From NCBI GenBank assembly GCA_050294405.1, contig JBNKOC010000009.1, positions 32,001-96,000 on the forward strand: 64,000 nt of DNA, in the 5' to 3' direction. The position numbers and the translations under genes were made by a program. The notes beneath the pieces are model-generated. The model was given only the letters and a program-made list of their open reading frames with translations. It was not told the origin of the DNA and searched no databases. This DNA comes from Fibrobacteria bacterium. Its GTDB lineage: Bacteria > Fibrobacterota > Fibrobacteria > UBA11236 > JADFYW01. This document shows, piece by piece, positions 1 through 9,926 of this stretch; position 1 is the first letter of the stretch, and each line of letters opens with the position of its first letter.

Positions 1-1
1 A

Positions 2-952
2 GCCGGATGGAATTTGAAAAATAAAAAAAGCTTAAAAGCCACTTTAGGATTTCAATGGGCAGATTATAAAATACCCATGCCTGTGGCTTCGGTTCGTTTA
101 AACAGCCCTCTGCCCCTTTCTCTAAACGGATTTGTGGATGTTTCTTTAAGGCAAAATACCCAAGTGGCCGCCAAAGGGACCAATAACATAGAACCGGTGA
201 CTACACCCAGCGTGGAAGCCAAAACAGGTTACACGGGTGAATGGGGCCCTTTTACCTGGAGTCATTCCCTGTATTCCAGATATTATTTAAATCCATTGTT
301 GCCAGAGCCTGAAGTTTATTGGAATTATAAGGAACTCAATGAAACAGATTACGCCTGGGTAAATGGAACCAATCTAAACATGGCTTGGGAACCCTCTCAC
401 CATTTTGGAATTAATTTTAATGGTTCTATAGTTCAGGGTGATTACGTAATGGATAATGGAAGTTATTTGCCTTGGGAGGCAAATAGAAGCTTGGATTTTG
501 TGTCCAATATGCGCATTGTGCCGCGGCGAGATTCGTTGTTGAGCGTTATACTAACATATGTGGTAAACAATGGTGTGCCCCTTTATGATTATATCCTTCC
601 CAGAGAAACAATTCAGTTAGACGGAAGAACTCCCACGGTGGATACCTGGGAGAGGAAAGCGGTTCAAAGCGAAAAATACCCTGAAGTGTCCCGCCAAAGA
701 GTGGATGTTCGTATCAATCTGGATTTAAGAAGTAAATGGAGGCCTTTGGATAAGGCCAGGCTCTTTTTCCAGGCGTCCAATATTTTTGCCGATATGAATC
801 AGGATTACGTCTCCTTTTTGGGAGGAGAAAATACCAAGCAAAGGGGTTGGACACGCTTTGATAGAACCAATCCCGATAATTTAACGCCTGTGGTCATTCG
901 GGGTTTGGGCCTATTTATTTTGCTCGGCTTTGAAATGAATTTCTCAATTTAA
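2..952 (+). CDS. C-terminal part of an outer-membrane beta-barrel protein (TonB-dependent receptor-like), 5'-truncated by the window edge
   Basis: Frame is open back to base 2; amphipathic aromatic-rich beta strands; ends ...LLGFEMNFSI. Confidence 0.5.
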   Translation, partial: AGWNLKNKKSLKATLGFQWADYKIPMPVASVRLNSPLPLSLNGFVDVSLRQNTQVAAKGTNNIEPVTTPSVEAKTGYTGEWGPFTWSHSLYSRYYLNPLLPEPEVYWNYKELNETDYAWVNGTNLNMAWEPSHHFGINFNGSIVQGDYVMDNGSYLPWEANRSLDFVSNMRIVPRRDSLLSVILTYVVNNGVPLYDYILPRETIQLDGRTPTVDTWERKAVQSEKYPEVSRQRVDVRINLDLRSKWRPLDKARLFFQASNIFADMNQDYVSFLGGENTKQRGWTRFDRTNPDNLTPVVIRGLGLFILLGFEMNFSI

Positions 953-2514
953 AATCCTAAATCCAAATTAAATTGATGGTAGTTTTTAAGACTGTATTCC
1001 ACTTCCACGCCGTATTCAAAACTATAGTCCAATGCTAAGCGGTAACCTTTGTGAAGGCCTTCAGCGCCAAATCCAAAGGTTAAATATCTCGAGTTAAAAC
1101 TGTTTAAAATTTGGTAGGTTCCGGCCCGAACGTGAAATACGGAAAGTAATGTATAGCTTCCCCCCAGCCGGATGTGATCCACTTGATCCTCAATTAGGGC
1201 TTTTTGACCATCCATTAACAGGGTTAGGCTATTAAAGGCTTGATAGGAAAAGCCAATGGTTAATTCGGGAGGCAAGGATTCGGTATAATTGCGATTTGTG
1301 AGTGTGTTTTGGTTTTCCAGATAACTGAAAACATCCTTAACAACAAGGCCTGCATATATTTTTTTGCTGAGCGGCAACTGGATTCCCAAGTCCAACCCAA
1401 AACCGGCACCATAACCAGTGGAATGTTGTATACCGGTTCCCTTGTGGCCAACGGATAAAAAATATCCCTTAAGATTTAGCCCTAGCTTTATGTTGTGCAT
1501 ATGATTAAAAAGTTTTCCCATATTAAGGGCGGAAGTGGAAAATAATGTCATTTCGCTGGCTAACTCGTCCCCTTCAAAGCGAACAGAAAAAGCCTGGGCT
1601 AAAAACTCTGTAGCAGGCGCGCCATAACCTATGTAAAATGAAGATATGTTACCAGGCAAAGAACTGTATGCATAGTGGAGTCTGTCTTCCTGAATTCCCG
1701 CAATTCCAGCAGGGTTCATTTGGGCAGATGCACCATTGGAAATATGGGCGATACCTGCGCCGCCTTGAGCTTTGTATTTTGCCGATAGCACAGGGGAACC
1801 AAAAAAGCCTCGCAAAGAAGAAAAATTTCGGGTTGGTAAATCTAAAATTTCAGAGGGGCGTTGGCTGTTATTGTCTTCCCTTTCAATGTATCCAATATAC
1901 CACAAAGTAGCTCCCGCCAAGGAAAGGGCTATCCCTGCAGTGGACATCAGCTGTACGGAATTTTCCTCAAACTTAAGCCCTCGAGTGTCTTCTAGCAAGT
2001 TTTGATTTTTGAGGCGGTTTAACAATTCCCGCACAGCCCTTTTCGATAAGCTTTCTACTGTTGAGTCGTGAAGGCTTTCAGAAATTTTAAAATCGATTCG
2101 AATGGATTCGGATATCTGATTATATATCCTAAGTTTTAGTTCCATGGAAATGGCGGTTTCGGTCAGCTCAGTGCTTAATATGTAATGGGATTCTGGAAAC
2201 AAACCTGCAACCTGTTTTAAACAGTTAGACTCAAAACAAGGTGTTGAAATGTTATTGCGTGGATTTTTTAACACTCGTAAAACTTTGTCGTTGTTTTCAA
2301 CTTTAAATTGCTTGCTTTGCTTGAGCTCATTTAAGATGTAGTTTCTCACTTGTCCCGCAGTCTTTGGGTTGCTGTTTCGTTCGTATACTTTTAGAAAACA
2401 TAACCGAGGAGTTCCACCAAGTTGAGCATGCACATTTCCGCTTGTAAAAACTGCAATATAAAGAAGACTCGCTGAAAGTCTCATCCAATTATTTATCTGC
2501 ATTTTTGTTTTCAT
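949..2514 (-). CDS. PorV/PorQ-like outer-membrane barrel fused to an N-terminal periplasmic (CsgG/TolB-N-like) domain
   Basis: SAKYKAQGGAGIA...SAQMNPAGIA start motif of PorV/FadL-like barrels, GFGLDLG strand, C-terminal Phe; signal peptide; N-domain with CFESNC. Confidence 0.6.
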   Translation of the reverse strand: MKTKMQINNWMRLSASLLYIAVFTSGNVHAQLGGTPRLCFLKVYERNSNPKTAGQVRNYILNELKQSKQFKVENNDKVLRVLKNPRNNISTPCFESNCLKQVAGLFPESHYILSTELTETAISMELKLRIYNQISESIRIDFKISESLHDSTVESLSKRAVRELLNRLKNQNLLEDTRGLKFEENSVQLMSTAGIALSLAGATLWYIGYIEREDNNSQRPSEILDLPTRNFSSLRGFFGSPVLSAKYKAQGGAGIAHISNGASAQMNPAGIAGIQEDRLHYAYSSLPGNISSFYIGYGAPATEFLAQAFSVRFEGDELASEMTLFSTSALNMGKLFNHMHNIKLGLNLKGYFLSVGHKGTGIQHSTGYGAGFGLDLGIQLPLSKKIYAGLVVKDVFSYLENQNTLTNRNYTESLPPELTIGFSYQAFNSLTLLMDGQKALIEDQVDHIRLGGSYTLLSVFHVRAGTYQILNSFNSRYLTFGFGAEGLHKGYRLALDYSFEYGVEVEYSLKNYHQFNLDLGF

Positions 2515-5500
2515 TTAAATAACACAACTGGCTTGATGTATTTTTTTACACCAGAGCCTATAATTTCTTTTGCAATTATAACAGCTAAGTATCTCCCGTT
2601 TCTGGCCCATAAATTACTGTCTGTTTTACCATTCCAGTAAAAACTTTGCATTTCTTTGGCCAGGCTTTGGTTTTTAATAATGGTTTTTACGAGTTCCCCG
2701 GACATATTGTAAATAAACAGGTCAATGATAACCTGATTACCTGTGTTTGAGTGAGGAATAAAATCTATTCGAGTACCATATTCTGTATTCCCATCCAGTT
2801 CGGCTTTTACAAGAGGGCTAAAAGGGTTTGGTGTAAGGCTTATTTCACTTATGGATAAGGGGATGGAAGGGCTTAGAACACCGTAATATAGTCCGGTCTT
2901 TAGATTTGCTCTGGTTCGATAGGAAATGGAGTCTGTGGCCAATTCCATAAAATGCGTGTTGGTATCAGATAAAAATTCCCAGGAAAAGGTCTTTGGGGAA
3001 AAACTTGCAATGCTTCCAGGTTCCCTATTGGAATTAGGTAAAATAAATTGAAGGCTGGGTTGAATAGAAAAAGGATTTCCCTGGAGATTAATGAACTCAT
3101 ATAAATCAGATATAAGTTCATAATTTTTTGAGGAAGTAAAGCTAGGTGAAATGTTTTGATTTTTTAAGGTAATTTGGATGTTGTTTGGATTGTTATGAGA
3201 TGAGTCGGGAATGCTAAAAAGTATCCCCTTTCCATTGAAAAACTCTCTCCCTGTGCTGAATGGTTTTATGCTTTGGTAGACCTGAATGCCCCGTTGTATT
3301 GAATCCAGTGAAGCTCCGAGTTCGGAAATTAAGCTTTGGTTCTGATTATCATAATGGGCGTAAATGCGTAATTTTCCTATAAAATTTGGGTTAATGATCA
3401 ACTGATTTTCTTCAAAAACTCCGGCAGACACAGGGGAAATAGAGTAGGTAAAGTTAGCCGATACTAACTTTGAGGGAACGTTTGTAGTATCATAACCGGA
3501 CGCGAAAACGTATAAGCTATCTCCACCGAAAACCTTTTGCCCCGGGGCCAAACTGGACTTTAAGGAAACTTTATGGATTCGCAAACTAGACTGGGTGACC
3601 TTTAATGTATCAAAGGAAGATATATTATTGATGGTTGTGTTTATGTATATGTAAGAGGAATCATTTGCGTTTTCATTAAACTGAAGCCTGTATTTTAAGT
3701 TGCCTAAATTAGTAATGGAAAGCCTTGGGTTGCTGCTTTGTAAATTAGTTGTTCCAGACGAAAGTAAGTTTTCATTTATGTTTTGTGAAAATTGATTGTA
3801 AGCAGACAGCTGAATTTCAATGGAGCCTTGTCTTGGGATAGATAAATTTTTCCCTGGATAAACGTTTACAGCAGCTACATAAAATTGAATGGGCAAGTCA
3901 TGGCTAAAATTTTTCCCTGGAAAATTATTTGAGTACAGGTTTTGATTGCTATATATATCGAAATAAAAACTTAATTTGCCTCCACCTGCCGGTTTTTGGA
4001 ATCCAAAGTAAATCAGGCTATCCACGCTTTTGGGATTAACCCTAATATAATTTGAATTTGAGCTTTTATAATTTACGAATGCCGAGTCTATGGGCAGGGG
4101 TTGTGCATAGCTGTTCAATTTAATAAAGACGCTGTCGATGGATTCAGATATATAGTTGGAATCAGTGTAAAAGGGAAAGTTATAATTATAAACGGAAAGA
4201 TTTTGGTTTGAACTGTCCAAAAGTATTTGGGTGTTTTTAATGGGCAAGATGCTTGAGTTTGCTGGGAATAAGTCTATTAGATAGCTACCTAAGGGAGCAT
4301 TGAATAAAGTATCTGGTGTGGAAACAACTTCAGAATAGGGAGATTTAATATAAATTTGGCCAGCCGTAATTTTTCCGTTAGATTGCATCTGGAATACTAA
4401 TGATTTGTTAGACCAGGCGATTTCCAAATTAACGTCATTTACCCAAACATAATCAGATACATTGATAAAAACGGAATCCTTAAGGCTGAAACCTTTTCCA
4501 GAACCTCTAATTAAATAGGGCCCGTTTTCCAGCCCATCAAAGGAGTAGGTCCATTGGCCTTGGTTCAATATCAATGATGGGGAATTGTTTGTTTCTAAAT
4601 TGTTTAAGTTTATTACGGATAGTTCAAAATTATTCAAATCTGAGGGAAGGGTGTCGCTAAATTGAAGTTGTCCATTGATACTTGCTAATTTTTTTATGGC
4701 GAAGTTTTGCGATATTTTTTTTACTCCTGCTTCAATGGTTAAGCTGTCCATTAAAGTTTCAAAACCTTCTTTGCTAATGGATACCATATAAGTACCGGAA
4801 GAACCCGGCGAAAACTGGAAATCCCCAGCCGTTCCACTTGTTTGCTGGAGTTGAGTTCCTGAATTTTTATGAGTTAAAGTGATTCTGGCTCCTGGGCAGG
4901 GGGAATAAATGATTTGATTTGTGGGACGGGTAAGGGCTTGTAATGTTCCCGATACTAGAATAGGGTTTGACGAAAGGGTTATTTCCAAATTATTGTTCGA
5001 ATTAAAATTTATATTTTGGGAATAATCTCCATATCCGATTTTGTTAATGTTAACATTGTATACATCAGGTTGTAGGGTGAAAATAAAACCCCCATTTTTA
5101 TCGCTGTATTTTTCAGTAACAACCTGGTTGTCTTTGGATAAGGTTATTTTAGCTTGTACCAGCGGTACTGAATTTTGATTTTGAATATTTCCGATTAAAG
5201 AAAACTGGGACTTTGTTAATTGAATGTCGCTCAGAATATGTTTTTTGTTTCCCGATACTTGGATGCTGCTGTCATTTTTTGGAGAATATTCCGGGTGGTA
5301 GATGCTTAAATTATAGTTCCCACTTCTAATTCCAATTTTATATTCCCCTAAGGGATTGCTGTATCCATAAAAAACAAGCCCGTCTTCCCTAGTAAGTTTG
5401 ATTTCGCAATTTTCAATACCTTCTCCATCTTTGTTTAAAACTTTTCCGAATATGGTTTCGGGGTAGGGTTGAAGATAAACTGTGATTTCATTTTCCGCGC

Positions 5501-6845
5501 TATCCGCCGAAACGTTCTTGGAAATGGTGATTGGTATGTATCCAGATTTTGAAAAAGTGAAACTATAGCTGCCTAAGGGCATATAGCGAGAATAGAAGCC
5601 ATTAATGTTTGTTTTTGCCGGGATAGGGTCTTGTGAACCGCTTACGGATAAAATAGATATGTCAACATCAGCTAGATTCGCGGTATCGTTATATGTGGAA
5701 TACTTGATGATGGACTTTGTATGGATGGTGGTGGCATAGCTATTGCTTTGATAGAAAAATGAAGTAGTGTCACTGACAACTGAGTTTTGGTTTAAATCAC
5801 TGGCGAAAACTTTGAATAAATACCTTCCGTTTGAAAAGGTTGAGGTTGGGTTGAGGCCTAAAATTGTATCTGATGTAAGACTATTCCATACTGGGGTTAA
5901 AATTTCTGATTCGAAATTAGGATCGCTTTCGAATTTGTATATATATAGTTGATAAAAATTGGCTTTGGAGCCTGCACTAGTCCATTTAAAACTGATGTTG
6001 TTTTGGTTTTGCAATGTATCTTTTGATGCTGGCTCCAGGTTTTTGGGAGGAATTAATCCTGTTTCAGGATCTTTTATACTAAATAAAGAAAAATCCAGTA
6101 CGTTGTAGTCAGTATAAACAGGGCTTTGCCCGTTGTAGTTGTTGAAAATGGCCAGCGTATAGGTTTTTCCCGGAACCAGAGGTGGGGCCGGTATGTTTGC
6201 AAAGAATCCGGAAGGATCTTCAATTCCATAAAGAATATTTTCTTTTGAGGTAATAGCCTGCCATACAATGCTCCAATCTGTGGGATCATTGTTGTTTTCC
6301 TTGAATTGGATGGCCTGATCGGATAATAAAACATGAAAACCCGGGACATTTGGGGCTCCCGTCCAGGAAAAGTTGGGGTAATTATTCGAAACTTCCCCTT
6401 TGGGGGTTTGAATGGATGGTGGAGTCTCTGATTCGATTTGAATTGCGAATTCAGGTGAATTATAAGATTGAACCTTAGTTTTTTCCCTACATGTTAAGAT
6501 GAAATAATGTATTCCGGGATTTAACTGGTTAGAAAGGTTTTCTGTGGTTATGTTTGGGTTGAAATTAAAGCCAATGGTTTGGTTATTAATGTTTATGTCA
6601 TTTGGAAATAATTCAATTGGATGTAAATCCGCACTTTCTCCCTTGGGAGAATTAGAGCTACGTAAACTGCATTCCAAAAGGCTGTCATAGGGTTGAAGCA
6701 AACTGGCTGTAATGTCGATTTGCTTTGAAATTTTAGATGTAAGCGGAAAGGATTGAATAAGAATATCAGGCAAGGACCAAGCTGCGTCATAAATGAGTAA
6801 AAGGCTGGAGATTGTTACGATTTTACCTATCCCCTTAAAAAACAT
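2511..6845 (-). CDS. Large secreted protein with carboxypeptidase-regulatory-like beta-sandwich repeats and C-terminal FlgD-Ig/T9SS-like domain
   Basis: Repeated G-x-V...TxxxGxY/F...GxYxxxxSKxGY units; C-terminal PNPFSP...IYNMSGELVKTI...YWNGK...NGRYL. Confidence 0.7.
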   Translation of the reverse strand: MFFKGIGKIVTISSLLLIYDAAWSLPDILIQSFPLTSKISKQIDITASLLQPYDSLLECSLRSSNSPKGESADLHPIELFPNDININNQTIGFNFNPNITTENLSNQLNPGIHYFILTCREKTKVQSYNSPEFAIQIESETPPSIQTPKGEVSNNYPNFSWTGAPNVPGFHVLLSDQAIQFKENNNDPTDWSIVWQAITSKENILYGIEDPSGFFANIPAPPLVPGKTYTLAIFNNYNGQSPVYTDYNVLDFSLFSIKDPETGLIPPKNLEPASKDTLQNQNNISFKWTSAGSKANFYQLYIYKFESDPNFESEILTPVWNSLTSDTILGLNPTSTFSNGRYLFKVFASDLNQNSVVSDTTSFFYQSNSYATTIHTKSIIKYSTYNDTANLADVDISILSVSGSQDPIPAKTNINGFYSRYMPLGSYSFTFSKSGYIPITISKNVSADSAENEITVYLQPYPETIFGKVLNKDGEGIENCEIKLTREDGLVFYGYSNPLGEYKIGIRSGNYNLSIYHPEYSPKNDSSIQVSGNKKHILSDIQLTKSQFSLIGNIQNQNSVPLVQAKITLSKDNQVVTEKYSDKNGGFIFTLQPDVYNVNINKIGYGDYSQNINFNSNNNLEITLSSNPILVSGTLQALTRPTNQIIYSPCPGARITLTHKNSGTQLQQTSGTAGDFQFSPGSSGTYMVSISKEGFETLMDSLTIEAGVKKISQNFAIKKLASINGQLQFSDTLPSDLNNFELSVINLNNLETNNSPSLILNQGQWTYSFDGLENGPYLIRGSGKGFSLKDSVFINVSDYVWVNDVNLEIAWSNKSLVFQMQSNGKITAGQIYIKSPYSEVVSTPDTLFNAPLGSYLIDLFPANSSILPIKNTQILLDSSNQNLSVYNYNFPFYTDSNYISESIDSVFIKLNSYAQPLPIDSAFVNYKSSNSNYIRVNPKSVDSLIYFGFQKPAGGGKLSFYFDIYSNQNLYSNNFPGKNFSHDLPIQFYVAAVNVYPGKNLSIPRQGSIEIQLSAYNQFSQNINENLLSSGTTNLQSSNPRLSITNLGNLKYRLQFNENANDSSYIYINTTINNISSFDTLKVTQSSLRIHKVSLKSSLAPGQKVFGGDSLYVFASGYDTTNVPSKLVSANFTYSISPVSAGVFEENQLIINPNFIGKLRIYAHYDNQNQSLISELGASLDSIQRGIQVYQSIKPFSTGREFFNGKGILFSIPDSSHNNPNNIQITLKNQNISPSFTSSKNYELISDLYEFINLQGNPFSIQPSLQFILPNSNREPGSIASFSPKTFSWEFLSDTNTHFMELATDSISYRTRANLKTGLYYGVLSPSIPLSISEISLTPNPFSPLVKAELDGNTEYGTRIDFIPHSNTGNQVIIDLFIYNMSGELVKTIIKNQSLAKEMQSFYWNGKTDSNLWARNGRYLAVIIAKEIIGSGVKKYIKPVVLFK

Positions 6846-8205
6846 AGTGTACTCCCGTCCTTAAAGAAGGTAATGGCGCAACGTAAAAATCAAGGGAGTA
6901 AGAAACTTTTTGTCCAAATTGAAATCCAAAATTCCAAATGGGCATTAATGGGGGGAGTCCGTTTTTCCTCAAAAGTTCTGAATAAAAGTTTTCATAGCCT
7001 CGGTAACTAACATCAAAATAAGCAATGCCAACATTGGTTCTAAAACGCGTTAACTTCAAAGAACCAATAAAAATATGGTCTGCTTTTAAATTTGCAGATA
7101 AATAATTGGAAGTTGAAAAAATGGTGGAGTCAACCAAAATGGAATCCAGGGATGTTTTGGTTTCTAATTTTCCAAAAGTTTTTGTGTAACTGAACTGAAG
7201 CCTCTCATTTAATAACTTCAAATATATGCTATGGGATTGGGGAATTTTTATGCTTAGGTTATCTATTATTTTATAACTATTGGAAACGGTTTGGGCGTTT
7301 AGCAGCTTGGTCATGTTATCGGGAGTTAGAAAAGAATCGGCTTCGGTATATTTTGGTAAAAAGCTTGTTTCGTCGATAAAGAAAGGGATATTGTATTCGC
7401 TAAACAAATGGCCTTTAGCCTCAATTTCCAATCCCATTCTGGAAACAAACCCCAACGGTCCAATTTGAAATGCTATTTCAGGCGCCCAAGCGGAGCCCTC
7501 ATAACTTCCTTCCACATAACCGTTTATTTGGTTATTGTCATAGGGAATACTGCCGGAAAAAATGACATCACCAGCTACTTGATCGATTCTTCCTGATAAA
7601 TTGGCCGACATATTCCCATTGGTTGAGGCGTTAAATTGATGTTTGTGGATTTGCAGTCCAATTTTTAAATAAGATGATGGTTGATGTACAAATCCAAAAC
7701 TATAGCTTCGCCAATACATATCAAAAACAACTGGCATATTTACGCCACCTTTTATAATCACCCGTCCTTCATCCCTTGCTTTAACTGTGTCTATATTAAT
7801 ATCCGCATTCCCCAAGACCCCATTTATATTTAAACTGGCGTTTTCCCTAGCTGCAAAAAATATGGCTCCTCCCCATAGGGGGGCGGAAACATCAATGCTG
7901 GTATTAAAATTTTGCTGAGCCGATGCTGTAAAATTGGGCAAAGCTATGTTATCTTCACCGGCTTTTTCAATTAAACCATGTATGGGACGGGAAATGTTTA
8001 AGGGAAAATTTATTTTTAATTTTGCCAACCCGTTTATGGTCGGGTAATCCAAGGGGCTTCTGATGAAATCGTAAGAAAACCCTCCCCTAACTTCTGCACT
8101 GCCTTCTGCTACAATTAAAATGGGCTGCCCATAAAGGGTCCATTGGCTAAAAAGGACCCATAGGCAGAGTACTAAAAATCTCCAAATAGATTTTAAGTTT
8201 TCCAA
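6835..8205 (-). CDS. Putative outer-membrane beta-barrel protein
   Basis: Signal peptide, alternating beta-strand pattern, terminal ...GVHYVF; overlaps the next gene (operon). Confidence 0.5.
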   Translation of the reverse strand: MENLKSIWRFLVLCLWVLFSQWTLYGQPILIVAEGSAEVRGGFSYDFIRSPLDYPTINGLAKLKINFPLNISRPIHGLIEKAGEDNIALPNFTASAQQNFNTSIDVSAPLWGGAIFFAARENASLNINGVLGNADINIDTVKARDEGRVIIKGGVNMPVVFDMYWRSYSFGFVHQPSSYLKIGLQIHKHQFNASTNGNMSANLSGRIDQVAGDVIFSGSIPYDNNQINGYVEGSYEGSAWAPEIAFQIGPLGFVSRMGLEIEAKGHLFSEYNIPFFIDETSFLPKYTEADSFLTPDNMTKLLNAQTVSNSYKIIDNLSIKIPQSHSIYLKLLNERLQFSYTKTFGKLETKTSLDSILVDSTIFSTSNYLSANLKADHIFIGSLKLTRFRTNVGIAYFDVSYRGYENFYSELLRKNGLPPLMPIWNFGFQFGQKVSYSLDFYVAPLPSLRTGVHYVF

Positions 8206-8425
8206 ACTTTTCCTTTTTGCCCAAATTTGGGCCTTTTGCTCATTATATTACTTTTAAGGAGCCACTTCTTTAATATTTAGCCCTCTCCAATTGCTTTTTT
8301 TTAAGCGGATTTTCCTGGAAGAATAAAAGGGAAAATAATTCCTGCGCTATTTCCCCTTTTTTCCCATCTATAAATATTCCTTCAAGAATTCCTTTAAATT
8401 TGGCTTAAATTGAAGGTCTTATTAA

Positions 8426-8441
8426 TGGCATGGCCTTTGCA
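8426..8441 (+). promoter_or_regulatory. sigma54 (-24/-12) promoter of the flgJ-flgN-flgK-flgL operon
   Basis: TGGCATGGCCTTTGCA = GG-N10-GC, about 43 nt upstream of the flgJ start. Confidence 0.75.
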
Positions 8442-8484
8442 TAAATGCCTTTTGAATAACTGCGTTTAAAGCAGAACAGGTATT

Positions 8485-9345
8485 ATGGAAGACTATTCTT
8501 TAAAATCAAGCCAGCAATTGTCTCAATCCCAGGCTAGTAGGGATAACATGATGTTGCAAAGGTTTCAGAATATGGTGAAATCAGCCGGAAAAGAAGATCC
8601 AAAGCTTTGGGAAGCGGCTAAAGGCTTTGAATCCATGTTTATGAACCAAATGATGAAGTCCATGAGAAAAAGTATTCATGAGTCTGAGGTGACCAAAGCT
8701 TCAACGGGTAGGAAGATTTTTACTGAAATGCTTGATTCAGAATACAGCAAAATGACAGCCTCGAAATCTCCCAATAGTATCGCCGGACTGATATATCGGC
8801 AGTTGCTTATGACCAGAACTCAAGATTTAATGAACCCGGAATCTGCTGATTCCAAACCCTTAAATATTCCGTTTAGCAGTAGGGAAAATTTATCGCTGGA
8901 TGGAAATACAAGTTCTTCCTTGGGAAACTGGAAATTATCAGAAGAGCAATTGGCTCCTATTATTAACAAGGCAGCTAAGAAATATGATATACCGGCGAAT
9001 CTTATAAAAAGCGTTATAAAAAAAGAAAGTGACAACCATCCGCATGCTGTTTCTAAGGTTGGAGCAAAAGGCTTAATGCAGCTTATGGACTCTACTGCAA
9101 AAGATTTAGGAGTTAATGATGTATTTAACCCTGAGGAAAATGTTTTGGCGGGGAGCCGTTATTTGAAGAACTTATTGAATAAATATAATGGGGATGAGAC
9201 CCTGGCATTAGCAGCTTATAATGCAGGTCCTGGTCGGGTGGATGAATATCAGGGTGTTCCACCATTTAAAGAAACTCAAAACTATGTAAAAAATGTTTTG
9301 CATCACAAGGGCTTCCTGGATGAGGCCGAAAATAAAATGGAATAA
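8485..9345 (+). CDS. flgJ: FlgJ-like rod-binding domain fused to a lytic transglycosylase (SLT/GH23) domain
   Basis: AAKGFESMFMNQMMKSMR rod-binding motif; KKES, GAKGLMQLM, ALAAYNAGPG SLT motifs. Confidence 0.8.
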   Translation: MEDYSLKSSQQLSQSQASRDNMMLQRFQNMVKSAGKEDPKLWEAAKGFESMFMNQMMKSMRKSIHESEVTKASTGRKIFTEMLDSEYSKMTASKSPNSIAGLIYRQLLMTRTQDLMNPESADSKPLNIPFSSRENLSLDGNTSSSLGNWKLSEEQLAPIINKAAKKYDIPANLIKSVIKKESDNHPHAVSKVGAKGLMQLMDSTAKDLGVNDVFNPEENVLAGSRYLKNLLNKYNGDETLALAAYNAGPGRVDEYQGVPPFKETQNYVKNVLHHKGFLDEAENKME

Positions 9346-9359
9346 AAAGGAGTTTGATT

Positions 9360-9923
9360 ATGAAAGCCATTACCAAAAATATTAGGACTGCAAATGAAGC
9401 TGATGTAAATGCTTTGGCGGAAAATTTAGCCCGTCAAATTGATGTTTTTAAGGATGCAATAGATTTAGGTCTAAAACAACGTCAGGTCTTGGTAAATCAC
9501 CAATATGAAGAGAACATTAAGGTAAATCAAGCGCAGGAAGAAATTGCTCAAAAATTAGAGAACCTTGAAAAAAACAGGCTTCTTATTTGCGAAAAAATTT
9601 GGAATTCCATTTCATTCACACCAAAAAGTACGGCGGCTAAAATTCAATGCAAAGACTTGTACCCCTATATTTCAAAAGTCCATCAGGACTTGATTGAAGG
9701 GCACAGGCAAGATCTGCTTATTAAAGTCAAACACCTGACATCTTTGAATAACATTAATTCTGTACTAATCAACAGTGCGTTGAATTTGAACCAATCCAAA
9801 TTGGAAATTATGGTTTCACTGGTAGAAAAAAAACAGCGCAACCAAACTAAATTATATGGGGCCAAAGGGAATTCCGAACAGCTGAAAAATTCAGAATTTC
9901 ACTTTTTAAACAAAAGAGTGTAA
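9360..9923 (+). CDS. flgN: Flagellar export chaperone FlgN
   Basis: Helical protein directly before flgK; LEKNRL and LNNINSVLI pattern; C-terminal YGAKG. Confidence 0.7.
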   Translation: MKAITKNIRTANEADVNALAENLARQIDVFKDAIDLGLKQRQVLVNHQYEENIKVNQAQEEIAQKLENLEKNRLLICEKIWNSISFTPKSTAAKIQCKDLYPYISKVHQDLIEGHRQDLLIKVKHLTSLNNINSVLINSALNLNQSKLEIMVSLVEKKQRNQTKLYGAKGNSEQLKNSEFHFLNKRV

Positions 9924-9926
9924 GTA

